Shown here piece by piece: positions 35,839 to 45,196 of a stretch of 64,000 nucleotides of DNA. Made by a program: the position numbers and the translations under genes. How positions within the stretch are numbered: position 1 is the stretch's first letter; every line of letters starts with the position of its first letter. The notes below the pieces were generated by a model that was given only the letters and a program-made list of their open reading frames with translations, searched no databases and was not told where the DNA came from. Location: positions 75,274 through 139,273 of the IMG/VR virus record IMGVR_UViG_3300042731_009106, one strand, 5' to 3'. This DNA is from a virus.

Positions 35839-36551
35839 TGTTTATCGTAGGGGTTTATAAAAGATGGTCTCTTGTACATAAAGTGACTAGCTCTATCTTT
35901 CCATTTTCTACCTAAATCCCAATTTGCGGAATTAGGAAGCTCGACATTTACTTTTACCATATTGTCTACAATGTTTTTGATTTTGTTGTTTTTATCGTAC
36001 AATCTAGATAAGGCTTTATGTGAGAAAAAATAATTACTTGGATCAAAATTTCCATTTTTATCTTTGCCTGAATTAAAATCTTTAGGTCCAAAAATATAAT
36101 CTTTTTTATATTCTTTCATCCACTCTTTAACAATATAGCATCCTTGCTTAGCTACCAAGAAAAAACTAGCCACATCTCTTCCGTTAGACCTCTGTGGAAA
36201 TGAATAAGCAAAGAAATTTTTTTCATTTAAAATTTGATTTATAAATTCACGCAATGGCTTATCGGGATATAAACTTGCATCACACCAAATACCGCCAAAT
36301 TTATCCAGTAACATCAATCGAATTAGATCCGTCTTTGCTTGATAATTTCTTTTAAATCTGCACATTTTATCTATTTCATAAAACTCAGGTAAATATTGAT
36401 ACAAACTTTTATCATCAAGCAATGTAAATTTAAATTCTGGATTTAAAGTTCCCCATCTTTCTGTGCAAATTTTATTTAGCTTAGGTATTTCGGCGCCATC
36501 CCAAAACATCCATATATTTTGCTCAATATTCGTATTTAAACTTTTCAACAT
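35835..36551 (-). CDS. capsular-polysaccharide-synthesis-like glycosyltransferase (GT32 clan)
   Basis: IWMFWDG; TDLIRLMLLDKFGGIWCDAS. Confidence 0.8.
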   Translation of the reverse strand: MLKSLNTNIEQNIWMFWDGAEIPKLNKICTERWGTLNPEFKFTLLDDKSLYQYLPEFYEIDKMCRFKRNYQAKTDLIRLMLLDKFGGIWCDASLYPDKPLREFINQILNEKNFFAYSFPQRSNGRDVASFFLVAKQGCYIVKEWMKEYKKDYIFGPKDFNSGKDKNGNFDPSNYFFSHKALSRLYDKNNKIKNIVDNMVKVNVELPNSANWDLGRKWKDRASHFMYKRPSFINPYDKQ

Positions 36552-37089
36552 CCTCCTTATATATATCTCTTACTATTTGAATCATTTCTTGATCATAATA
36601 CTGCTTGTAGTGTTTATGGTTAGATTGATTAATTTTACATAAAGGTTTCACCTTTAAGTTGTTTTCACTAACAAATTCACCATAAGATACACTCAAATGC
36701 TCATAACTTATTGTGTAGTCTAAAGGTTCATCTATAAACCAAGATTGACTAACAAAATGGGTATCATTTTTTACTTTTAATATACCTCTACCTTTAATGA
36801 AACTCTTGAATGTTAAATACTCTTTAATTTTTTCTTGGCATTTCAAGTCCCAGACATTTCCAGATCCACCTTTCTTGATGTAGTGAAATGAGCTTACTAG
36901 TCTGTCCCATGGATTTCTGATTACCGCAAATGTCATTGCATTTGAATTAATCTCTTGTTTTAATTTAGTAATTCGAGCATGAGCCGTCAACTGTATGCAT
37001 TCATTATATGTTTCTATAGACTGCCTAATTGAGTTGCCAGCATTTTTTGGGATATGAATAAATAAGATATTTTTATTTTTAATAAACAT
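36523..37089 (-). CDS. sulfotransferase family 2
   Basis: FIHIPKNAGNSI; IRNPWDRLVSSF. Confidence 0.88.
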   Translation of the reverse strand: MFIKNKNILFIHIPKNAGNSIRQSIETYNECIQLTAHARITKLKQEINSNAMTFAVIRNPWDRLVSSFHYIKKGGSGNVWDLKCQEKIKEYLTFKSFIKGRGILKVKNDTHFVSQSWFIDEPLDYTISYEHLSVSYGEFVSENNLKVKPLCKINQSNHKHYKQYYDQEMIQIVRDIYKEDVEKFKYEY

Positions 37090-37848
37090 TTATAATCTGT
37101 GGTAATCAACAAGCTCAAAAAAAGAATTATCTTCTATTCTATTGTCTTTAATCAAATGTATCGCTAGCTCTGTTTCAATTTTTTCTTTCCTCTTTCTTGA
37201 TACTACATCGATTGGTATAACTTGTATTGATCCTAGGATTGTATCAAATATATTTTTCTGGACTTTTCTAATATTATCTTTAATTAATTGATTTAATGCT
37301 TTTTGATCATCCAGCGATTTATAACAAGATGTACCAATCAATCTATCCCAAAGTTCCTTGTTTGTCTCAGAATACCATTCGTTGACAAAATTTTTTAAAA
37401 AGTTAATGCTTTTTTTGTCGCAAATAAAAAAACCAGTACAAAAACTAAATCCAAATTTTTTTCTAAAGTTTTGCGGTATGGCTCCTTTCTGTTCTGATAT
37501 TGATATAGCTATCTCAGCATTATCTTCTACTGATAACTGGCTTATTGCGTTAGATAATGGAATACAATCAATGTCTGAATATATTAATTTGTAATCGGCA
37601 TATTGGTTTTGTAAAAGTTTAATTAACAACTCATATCTATACAAATAGCTGTATTCTTTGTCGAAAAACCCTCTCTCTACATCTATTGAGTGCTTTGTTA
37701 AGAATTGGAATGTTTCTTCGTCTAAACAATATATTTTATATTTTAATTTTAACTTTATACATTGTTTGGCAAAATATAAAGCTATATTTTTTTGATCGTT
37801 ATTTGAATGCGCAACGACTAAATATTTATCATAATATTTCATCTTCAT
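37090..37848 (-). CDS. nucleotide-diphospho-sugar transferase (GT77-like)
   Basis: IYSDID, FCTGFF, DDQKALN. Confidence 0.65.
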   Translation of the reverse strand: MKMKYYDKYLVVAHSNNDQKNIALYFAKQCIKLKLKYKIYCLDEETFQFLTKHSIDVERGFFDKEYSYLYRYELLIKLLQNQYADYKLIYSDIDCIPLSNAISQLSVEDNAEIAISISEQKGAIPQNFRKKFGFSFCTGFFICDKKSINFLKNFVNEWYSETNKELWDRLIGTSCYKSLDDQKALNQLIKDNIRKVQKNIFDTILGSIQVIPIDVVSRKRKEKIETELAIHLIKDNRIEDNSFFELVDYHRL

Positions 37849-38836
37849 ATTTTATATTCTTTAAAAATATTTTCAGAGTTACTAATTCTTCTTTTTTAAC
37901 AATGCCTTCTTTTTCTAATGCCTCGTAAACTCGTATTATATCTTCAACTTCGCCTTTCAATTTTACAGAAGGCAAAGTATTAGTAAGCAACTTATAAAGG
38001 GATTTGTACATACTTATTTCTGAATCAAAATCTTTCATGTAATCGTGGGCATTTCTAGTTTGATGAAAAAACGGTGAAGTGACCGCAAATAAAGAATCGT
38101 ACTCCCACATACATCTTTGAGCCACATACATTTTCAATATATCACAAAACCTAAACGATACTGTGACAGGAATGTATAAAAGATGAAATAGTTGCGGATT
38201 TACCCATAAAGTAGCTTGTGTATTACCTTGGGAGTATACCCCTTTATTAAATGTACAACTTTTCCCTGACAGAAATTTAAAATTGCTTGTATATTCGTTA
38301 GAGGTTAAACGGAAAATTGCATCTACATCAGGGTCGCCATCTACAAGGCTTTGAATAATACCAACTTTATTTATATCTGTTTCATTAATTTTCTTAAAAG
38401 CAATTTCACTTTGTTTATTAATTAATTCCAAAGGGTAACCCCTTGACCATATATTTGCTTCTGAAAAATAATTAAGTATATTTGGTATACTTGGCTCGAC
38501 TACTAAAGTGTTTTTTAATTTTTTCCAATTATAAATATCAGATTTTAGAAAATTGTCGTCATCTGTGTCAAGGATTAACTTTATTCCTTGCCTTATTGCA
38601 TGCAAGTATCCTAAATTTTTTCTACAATAATGGTTGCAAGGTAAAGCTTTAGATACCTCTGGAAACAATTTACATACCGAGGGAATATAATGAATGTTTT
38701 TCTTGTTCTTATAACTTAGTTCATTAGTTTTTGTGTCGCCAACAATAATACATTTATAGCCTTCATCTATAAAATCTTGAATAAATGTATTCTCAATATC
38801 ATTGATGGTTGTGATTATAGAGGTTTTTTCTTCCAT
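37829..38836 (-). CDS. STELLO/DUF288-like glycosyltransferase
   Basis: IITTIN, IVGDTKT, RKNLGYLHAI, DTDDDN, RGYP, IQSLVDGDPDVDAI, RFCDI. Confidence 0.8.
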   Translation of the reverse strand: MEEKTSIITTINDIENTFIQDFIDEGYKCIIVGDTKTNELSYKNKKNIHYIPSVCKLFPEVSKALPCNHYCRKNLGYLHAIRQGIKLILDTDDDNFLKSDIYNWKKLKNTLVVEPSIPNILNYFSEANIWSRGYPLELINKQSEIAFKKINETDINKVGIIQSLVDGDPDVDAIFRLTSNEYTSNFKFLSGKSCTFNKGVYSQGNTQATLWVNPQLFHLLYIPVTVSFRFCDILKMYVAQRCMWEYDSLFAVTSPFFHQTRNAHDYMKDFDSEISMYKSLYKLLTNTLPSVKLKGEVEDIIRVYEALEKEGIVKKEELVTLKIFLKNIKYEDEIL

Positions 38837-38841
38837 TTACT

Positions 38842-39624
38842 TTATAATGCCTTGGTTACATATTTCTGAACATCTTTGGCCGTTACATGTAAATAATCAT
38901 TATGTGGCACACTAGCCTCATGCCTAAAACCCTTTGTATGGTCATGTTTTTCAAATTCTTCCTTATGCTGTTCCGAAATTAAAATTTTCTTAAAATAAGA
39001 TTTACATAGTTCAGTTGTATTGGCATCTTGATGCGGTACATGTCTCGTGTTTCTCGCTCGCACTAAATTTAAAAATAATGATCTTTCTGGACAAATTTTA
39101 CGAGCCAAAAATTGTGCATACCACATACTGGCGTTTGATCCGTGATACCATGTCGGAAACATCAAATTTGCAAAACTCTCAGAAAAAAACTGAGTACATA
39201 AGTCTCCTCCTATCATTGTAAATGCATCCATTTTCTTAACCCTATCTGTTCTTATGTCGTGCCAGTTTGGCCAATTATCATTATTTATAGATCCATGAAT
39301 CGGTTTGTATTTTTCTAGTTGATTCTTAATTTGCTGTGCGGCCTTAACCTTTGTACTAGTATGGATGGAGATGTCGTCATCTATAAAAAAATAATAATCA
39401 TATTTCCCTTTAACTTGTTCATATAAATAGCTTCGACCTTCGCTCCAACATAAATTATTTTTAAAAAAATCAGCTTGCGTGTCTCTTTTGTCGCCTTTCC
39501 AGTTCAATCGAAAACAATCACTAAACTCAGTATTGAATTGCTCTTTGTGTGTTTTAGTTAATTTGTAATTAATTTGGCAACCTTGTTCCAGTACTACAAA
39601 TGTTTTTTTCATAATTTTATTCAA
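38842..39624 (-). CDS. GT-A-like glycosyltransferase
   Basis: WSEGRSYL..YDYYFFIDDD. Confidence 0.45.
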   Translation of the reverse strand: MNKIMKKTFVVLEQGCQINYKLTKTHKEQFNTEFSDCFRLNWKGDKRDTQADFFKNNLCWSEGRSYLYEQVKGKYDYYFFIDDDISIHTSTKVKAAQQIKNQLEKYKPIHGSINNDNWPNWHDIRTDRVKKMDAFTMIGGDLCTQFFSESFANLMFPTWYHGSNASMWYAQFLARKICPERSLFLNLVRARNTRHVPHQDANTTELCKSYFKKILISEQHKEEFEKHDHTKGFRHEASVPHNDYLHVTAKDVQKYVTKAL

Positions 39625-40229
39625 ACAGCCTCACTAAAATTATAATTCAAAAACTCTATATCCTTTTGCCTCAATTCAGCTACAAGTTTTATGGATTCTT
39701 GATCATAATATTGCATAATTGATTTCTTTTTTGCTTTCCTGAGGTGAACTAAAGGCTCAAAAGGCTTTTTAATATTTTTACATATTTGAGGCCAAGCTTG
39801 ATTCAGGTTTTCGTATCTTATAATCTTGTCTACATGTATTGCTCCTTCATGCATTAAGTAGTCCACCTGATTCCTGAATACTATATTTCTGAATTTAGGA
39901 TGTTCGAATTCTAAATTTTTTTTAATCACTCTTTGCAAAAATTGCTTAAAATTCAAATGTCTGTACTTAACTTGCCCTTTCATCATATTATATAAAGACA
40001 AGTCCCTCTCCCATGGATTTCTAACTACTGTAAATTTAAAATAGTCCTTGTAAAAGTTCTCCCAATACTGATAGTATTCTTTTGCACCCCAATGTTTACC
40101 TTTTCCAACTTTATCTTTTGTTAGTAATCCAAATTTATCGTATTCAGCAAAACCAAACATAGCTTCTATTGATGTGCCTCCAGTTTTAGGTATGTGTACA
40201 AATATAGTTTTAAAATCGTGAGATATCAT
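39621..40229 (-). CDS. sulfotransferase family 2
   Basis: FVHIPKTGGTSI; VRNPWERDLS; first gene of the minus-strand operon. Confidence 0.88.
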   Translation of the reverse strand: MISHDFKTIFVHIPKTGGTSIEAMFGFAEYDKFGLLTKDKVGKGKHWGAKEYYQYWENFYKDYFKFTVVRNPWERDLSLYNMMKGQVKYRHLNFKQFLQRVIKKNLEFEHPKFRNIVFRNQVDYLMHEGAIHVDKIIRYENLNQAWPQICKNIKKPFEPLVHLRKAKKKSIMQYYDQESIKLVAELRQKDIEFLNYNFSEAV

Positions 40230-40240
40230 ATCTTATATAT

Positions 40241-40280
40241 TACACTTAAGAGTTGACAATTCGATTTTTAATGCTATTAT
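40241..40280. promoter_or_regulatory. back-to-back promoters: minus-strand GTGTA class and plus-strand sigma70 class
   Basis: TACAC 40241-45, 11 nt from the minus-strand ATG at 40229; TTGACA 40253, N16, TATTAT 40275-80 with predicted +1 at ATG 40287. Confidence 0.7.
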
Positions 40281-40286
40281 GTATGC

Positions 40287-41443
40287 ATGAAAATTACCAA
40301 AGAACTAAAGCATGCTAGCTTCGATTACGATGAGTCTTCAAAAACTTTTGGTATTACCACAGAAAATGGTAGAATTACTTTAAACAAAGTTTATGCTTTT
40401 GCTTTCATGAGATTTGTGGTTCGAATTGCCCAAAGAAATTGGTTCCGCAAAAAAAGTGTTGACGAAGTTGCCGAAGATGTGCTATACTCAGATCAAGATG
40501 AACCAGAAAACCCAAACCAACTACAAATGTTCTAATATGAAATGTCAAATAATATACGCAACCGAATACGAAGAATTCTTTTATGAAGAAGACGATATGC
40601 CTGTGCCAGAAGGTCAACCTATTGGCGTTGAAGTTGACTTAGGTGACTCCGTAGAGTTATTGCTCCTAGAAGGTTTATATCATTTAATCAATGAAGAAGG
40701 TTAATAAAGTTCCACTATTTGAGTATAGAATTAAATACAATGTAGGCATGAATCATTCGGCTCTTGATAGTTATCATTTTTATTTAGCTGAAAATGCCGA
40801 TCAAGCTTTCGAATTCCATCTATCATCCATGAAACATAATCACGCATCAGCACAAAACTTGAGTATCGAAAAATGGAATCCTTATTCTGAGAAATGGGAA
40901 GATGAATCAGATCACATTAACATTAAAGAGGTAGATTTTTCACATGGAGATTAACTCACATCAAATAATCTACTCAGAGCATGGTTACGATGAATGTTTT
41001 GAGTATATAGACGGCAGGGGCAGAGTCCCAGAAGGTGAAGCTGTTGGTTATCAAGCTGACACAAAAACTCTAATTTTATTTAAAGACATAAAGTATAGTG
41101 AATACGATCATGACTATTGGGACAATTATGAACTTGAGCATGATGTTGATAGAATTGTAATTCCATGATTAGTATAAATCGAAATGACCCACCATTCTTT
41201 GATGAAGGCGAAGATGATTTAGTTCAAGACTTAGCCAAGAAATTAAAAAATGAAATTGATTTATTAGATTTGCTAAATTTAAATGGTGACCCAAGTCAAG
41301 TTATTATCAAGGAAGGAAACACTAAAGATTTAATTGACATTGTATACAAAAAGTTATATGATGAAAAGAATCAAACTTTAAATATAATTGTAGGTAAAAA
41401 TGACAACAATAGTTTAGGAATTATTTTAGATGTAATAGAATGA
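40287..41443 (+). other. run of five small hypothetical ORFs (40287-40535, about 40498-40704, 40691-40954, 40944-41168, 41165-41443)
   Basis: Overlapping or coupled ORFs, mostly acidic, no recognisable motifs. Confidence 0.6.
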
Positions 41444-41979
41444 ATTCAAAGAATAAAATTAAATTTGATTTAGAAATCAAAAAAATACAACCATTTTTAT
41501 ATAGTTATATTTTTAGTTTATGTCCTCACAAACAAGACGCTGAAGACATTCTTCAAAAGACTAATTTGATTTTATGCAAAAAACAAGAAGAGATAGATGA
41601 TTTTAAAAGTTTTAAAGCTTGGGCATTTAAAATTGGTAAATTCCAAGTCATGGGACACAGAACACTTCGAGCTCGCAGTAAAATTTGCTTCAGTAACGAA
41701 TTAACTGAACAATTGGCTGATGAAGGTGTAGACTGCCATGAGCTATCACTCAAAAAGCGAGCTCTCAATGAGTGCTACAAAAAATTACCCCCCCACATGT
41801 CCATTATAGCTGAACTTAGATACAAGAAAAATCTTTCGTTAAAAGAAATTTCTTTAGCTACTTCTAGACCCATCGGCTCAGTATCTGCAACAATGTTTAG
41901 AATAAGGGAATCCTTATCTAAATGCATTCATCAAGAATACAAAAAAGTAAAAGAATCAGAATTTTTTAAAGTACTATGA
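41440..41979 (+). CDS. ECF sigma factor (resembles the Rhodopirellula/Verrucomicrobium family, TIGR02989)
   Basis: LYSYIFSL..DAEDILQKTNL..FKAWAFKIGKFQV; region 4 LPPHMS..LRY..SLKEIS..RPIGSVSATMFRIRESL. Confidence 0.85.
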   Translation: MNSKNKIKFDLEIKKIQPFLYSYIFSLCPHKQDAEDILQKTNLILCKKQEEIDDFKSFKAWAFKIGKFQVMGHRTLRARSKICFSNELTEQLADEGVDCHELSLKKRALNECYKKLPPHMSIIAELRYKKNLSLKEISLATSRPIGSVSATMFRIRESLSKCIHQEYKKVKESEFFKVL

Positions 41980-42170
41980 TATTAATAGAAGACGCAAACG
42001 AAGAAAAATATCACATCAACCCCAAGCAAGTGATATATGTAAAAGAACGCCAACACATGGGAAAAATTATGTGGAAGATAATGATGGCTAATGGAGAAGC
42101 CTTAATGACTGAAAATGAGCAAGGAGCAAAGTGCATTATAGCTTCAATCAAAAGCAAAAAGAATGCCTAG
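41976..42170 (+). CDS. small protein, weakly FlbD-like
   Basis: MILIE..YHINPKQVIYVKE. Confidence 0.35.
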   Translation: MILIEDANEEKYHINPKQVIYVKERQHMGKIMWKIMMANGEALMTENEQGAKCIIASIKSKKNA

Positions 42171-42741
42171 AAAATTAAATAACAGAAGGGTCAAAGAAGA
42201 CATTCTTCGATTACATTCAGAAGGTAAAACTTATTCTCAAATACAAAAAGAATTAAAATGTTCTAAGTCGGTTATCAGCTATCACTGCGGTAGTGGTACA
42301 GAAAAGGCTAGAGTAAAAGCTTCCGTTAAAAATCGTCCAGCAATCTGCAAAAAGGTTTCTGGGTTTAAAACTAGATGCTCTAGAGCTAACTATAAACTTT
42401 TTCAAGCAAAGTTGAAAACTTTTAAAAGAAAAAATTCTTCAAGTGGAAATCACACAAATACTATAGTCAACAGCATAAGCAAGAACTATACATGCAAGGA
42501 TGTGATTGATAAATTTGGAGATAAACCTACATGCTACCTAACAGGAAAGCCAATCGACTTAAATGATTCATCTTCTTATAATTTAGACCATATTGTACCC
42601 ACCTCAAAAGGGGGCACAAATGATCTAAGTAACTTGCAAATTTGCTTAACTGAAGCGAATACCGCCAAAGGCAATCTTTTACTTCCTGAGCTTTTAAATT
42701 TATGCAAGGCTATATTGAAACATCATAATGTTTCTATTTAG
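42163..42741 (+). CDS. HTH + HNH endonuclease
   Basis: GKTYSQIQKELKCSKSVISYH; CYLTG..LDHIVPTSKGGTNDLSNLQIC..AN..K. Confidence 0.85.
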   Translation: MPRKLNNRRVKEDILRLHSEGKTYSQIQKELKCSKSVISYHCGSGTEKARVKASVKNRPAICKKVSGFKTRCSRANYKLFQAKLKTFKRKNSSSGNHTNTIVNSISKNYTCKDVIDKFGDKPTCYLTGKPIDLNDSSSYNLDHIVPTSKGGTNDLSNLQICLTEANTAKGNLLLPELLNLCKAILKHHNVSI

Positions 42742-42913
42742 ATTTTATTTTTTTTAATATTTTTCTTTTTTCTTGATCACTCATTTTTAAGTATTGGGAC
42801 AAAGCTATACTTCTTATTAGGAAGTAGCGCTTCGTTGGGTTCCCATTAACTTCATATCCAACTAATGTATTAGTTAGTTGTGACGATAAGTATTGAATTA
42901 TTTGATCTTTCAT
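42734..42913 (-). CDS. possible 59-aa ORF (not in the ORF track)
   Basis: Translated by hand: MKDQIIQYLSSQLTNTLVGYEVNGNPTKRYFLIRSIALSQYLKMSDQEKRKILKKIKSK*. Confidence 0.35.
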   Translation of the reverse strand: MKDQIIQYLSSQLTNTLVGYEVNGNPTKRYFLIRSIALSQYLKMSDQEKRKILKKIKSK

Positions 42914-42921
42914 TGTATTAT
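42893..42921 (+). promoter_or_regulatory. sigma70-type promoter for the tRNA and downstream HNH gene
   Basis: TTGAAT (42893-98), N17, TATTAT (42916-21). Confidence 0.55.
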
Positions 42922-42935
42922 AAATTGATTAATTT

Positions 42936-43011
42936 GCCACCTTAGCACAGTTGGTAGTGCGACGCACTTGTAATGCGTAGGTCGTCAGTTCGATCCTGAC
43001 AGGTGGCTCCA
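42936..43011 (+). tRNA. trnT: tRNA-Thr(UGU) with encoded CCA
   Basis: Acceptor GCCACCT/AGGTGGC, D-stem GCAC/GTGC, anticodon arm ACGCA-CTTGTAA-TGCGT, T-arm GTCAG-TTCGATC-CTGAC, discriminator T plus CCA; 76 nt. Confidence 0.97.
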
Positions 43012-43017
43012 TCTATT

Positions 43018-43449
43018 ATGCATAAACATCACATTATACCAAAACACATGGGCGGATCAGATGATCCCGACAACTTGACATATCTTTCTGTCAAAGAGCA
43101 TGCTATCGCTCATGCAGAACTCTATAAAAAATATGGAAAACATGAAGATTATGTAGCTTTCAAAGCCCTTAAAAAACACATAGACAAAGAAGATTTATAT
43201 AAAGAAACTTCAGCTATGGGTGGATTAAATAATACTGGAAAACCTAAATCTATTGATCATAGAAATAATATTGCAAAAGCTAACAAAGATAATCCCAAAT
43301 TAAAAATACCACTAACAGAAGATCGTAAAAATAAAATTTCAAAATCAATGAAAGGTAACAGCAACTCATCCAATCATTCTTCTCCTGAATATAAGAAAAA
43401 ACAAAGTGAGGCAATGAAAAAAGCTTGGGCAAAACGAAAGCTTAAATGA
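43018..43449 (+). CDS. HNH homing endonuclease with NUMOD3-like repeats
   Basis: HKHHIIPKHMGGSDDPDNL..EHAIAH; KPKS.DHRNNIAKA, TEDRKNKISKSMKG, KKKQSEAMK. Start is the ATG 6 nt after the tRNA CCA. Confidence 0.85.
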   Translation: MHKHHIIPKHMGGSDDPDNLTYLSVKEHAIAHAELYKKYGKHEDYVAFKALKKHIDKEDLYKETSAMGGLNNTGKPKSIDHRNNIAKANKDNPKLKIPLTEDRKNKISKSMKGNSNSSNHSSPEYKKKQSEAMKKAWAKRKLK

Positions 43450-44059
43450 TAATAGTCGTTATATACTCTTGATTAGGATATTCGTCAAGAGCTATATATT
43501 CTCCAGTTTGTGGCTCAAATATATACCAATCTTTGTTAGTAAAAACAATATTCAACATATGCAAAGCTCCCGATGGCACACCTCCAAATGGATTAATTTG
43601 TTTGACAATAACTAAACCTACTGCCGGCTCATGCCCTACTCCACTCTTATAGCTTGCTACGCTAAATAATGATTTGTAAAGCATTGCAAAGTTATCACAA
43701 TCCAAAGTTTCATTTTGGTTAATGGGCATAATGCCGTTATTGAATTGAAGTTTGTCAAACCAATTATTAAACTTAAGAAAAAAGAAATAATCCACATTTC
43801 TATACTTAGAGTCTAGTAATAAAAACCTTAAATCTTTTGATGTGCTAATTTTTTTTGAATTGTGTCCGATTTGATGATTAAATCTTAAACCTAAATCCTG
43901 AGGAGTCCACAGTGAATATTTTTGCTCGTCTCCCGTTATTAAAGGTATGCTTTTTATATCTTCCAACTTTGTATCTAAACAGGCTGTAGTTAAAAATAAG
44001 CCAACGAGAAGGGCAGGCACCCCCAAAAGGGATGTCCACACACATTTTCTGAACTTCAT
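43442..44059 (-). CDS. predicted lipoprotein with a papain/transglutaminase-like Cys-His domain
   Basis: Lipobox LTTAC after a hydrophobic stretch; LDCDNFA, HMLN, WYIFEPQ. Confidence 0.5.
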   Translation of the reverse strand: MKFRKCVWTSLLGVPALLVGLFLTTACLDTKLEDIKSIPLITGDEQKYSLWTPQDLGLRFNHQIGHNSKKISTSKDLRFLLLDSKYRNVDYFFFLKFNNWFDKLQFNNGIMPINQNETLDCDNFAMLYKSLFSVASYKSGVGHEPAVGLVIVKQINPFGGVPSGALHMLNIVFTNKDWYIFEPQTGEYIALDEYPNQEYITTIII

Positions 44060-44392
44060 TTAGTCCCAGTTGCCTTTAGCAACATTTCTGCCGTCTAAAT
44101 TGCTCCAATCAACCGCAAATGGATCCTCATCCTCAATTTGCTCAATTTGCTCGCTTTTTACCGCTTGCATTTGGTTATCGTATAATTTACTATGCATTCT
44201 TTGTCCCATCCATAAAGATTCGAGTAATAACGCTCTCACGGCTTCAAGATTGTAACTCTCTTCTTTACTGCAACGATATGCTAGTTTTAAAACATTGCAT
44301 AAGGTTCTCTTCTCATCAAATGGAGCTTTCATTTCTTGCTTCATTTGTTCAGCGATGTCCTTTGTAAAAGGTTTTGGTTTATATTCGCTCAT
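44060..44392 (-). CDS. hypothetical protein
   Basis: 110 aa; GTGTA motif 9 nt upstream. Confidence 0.65.
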   Translation of the reverse strand: MSEYKPKPFTKDIAEQMKQEMKAPFDEKRTLCNVLKLAYRCSKEESYNLEAVRALLLESLWMGQRMHSKLYDNQMQAVKSEQIEQIEDEDPFAVDWSNLDGRNVAKGNWD

Positions 44393-44406
44393 ATAGATGT
44401 ATACAC

Positions 44407-44967
44407 TTAACCAAAAGGATATCCTTCTTCTAAATATTGATTGTATTGCTCTTCGGAATAATAATTCCAGCCTGTTTTAGCGCAAATTTCACGAACAAGT
44501 TCTAGAAAATAGTAAACTTTTGGATGGTTTATTTGTTGCATTGTAATTTTAGAACCATGTTTTTGGATAATTTTATGAGCGGGAATATCTATATTGTATT
44601 TTTCTGCCCTTTCTATCATTCCATTTAGGTGTTTTTGCTCTGGGTCATCAGGGTTATAAAACATAGAGCTAATTGATATTAATTTTGCATTTTTTGCATG
44701 TATTTTTATTTTTTCTAAGTTATAATTCTCAGAAGATTCGGATTGAAGATGTTGAAAAATGAGATGATCCGAAGATTGTAATCTGTTAGTGGCTTCTTGT
44801 ATATCAGTAATTACATTAATTGGTTTACCTTCAAACATTGAGTCTGGACCCCAATTTGACACGAACGATTCTATGGATATCCACTTTACATCAAAGTTTT
44901 GATCTAGTTGCTCAATATACCAACTTAAAGCTTTTGTTTGGCAATTGCCTAATAGAGTAATTCTCAT
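44407..44967 (-). CDS. WcbI-like polysaccharide biosynthesis protein
   Basis: ITLLGNCQTKAL; paralogue of 50237..50830 (both end ..YY/F.EEQY....YPFG). Confidence 0.55.
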   Translation of the reverse strand: MRITLLGNCQTKALSWYIEQLDQNFDVKWISIESFVSNWGPDSMFEGKPINVITDIQEATNRLQSSDHLIFQHLQSESSENYNLEKIKIHAKNAKLISISSMFYNPDDPEQKHLNGMIERAEKYNIDIPAHKIIQKHGSKITMQQINHPKVYYFLELVREICAKTGWNYYSEEQYNQYLEEGYPFG

Positions 44968-44976
44968 ATTAATATA

Positions 44977-45016
44977 TACACTTTGTCTTGACTTTTGTTT
45001 GTATTTATGAGATTAT
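44977..45016. promoter_or_regulatory. back-to-back promoters: minus-strand GTGTA class and plus-strand sigma70 class
   Basis: TACAC 44977-81; TTGACT 44988, N17, GATTAT 45011-16 with predicted +1 at ATG 45023. Confidence 0.65.
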
Positions 45017-45022
45017 ATAATC

Positions 45023-45196
45023 ATGAACACTAGTTTTATTACTTTAACAGATCTTTGGCATAATGGAAAATATGTCGAAGTTGGAGATATTATTAGAGCT
45101 GAACAATGGAACGCTGGTAAAGTTGCAGAATTCTGCTTATACTTTGTGAAATATGTAGGCTTAAAAGAATTTGAGGTTTTATATAAGTTTTTATGA
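45023..45196 (+). CDS. 57-aa hypothetical protein (not in the ORF track)
   Basis: MNTSFITLTDLWHNGKYVEVGDIIRAEQWNAGKVAEFCLYFVKYVGLKEFEVLYKFL*; leaderless promoter upstream, ATGA-coupled to 45193. Confidence 0.65.
   Translation: MNTSFITLTDLWHNGKYVEVGDIIRAEQWNAGKVAEFCLYFVKYVGLKEFEVLYKFL

Noticed and set aside
18410-40229. DNA base hypermodification pathway built from the C5 methyltransferase, kinase and glycosyltransferases
   Set aside because: No hydroxymethylase, thymidylate-synthase homologue, TET/JBP or aGPT gene is in the window, and the GT families are surface-glycan types. It cannot be excluded for the whole genome.
43003-43017. GTG start of the HNH ORF at 43003
   Set aside because: It lies inside the tRNA acceptor stem; ATG 43018 precedes the HNH motif.
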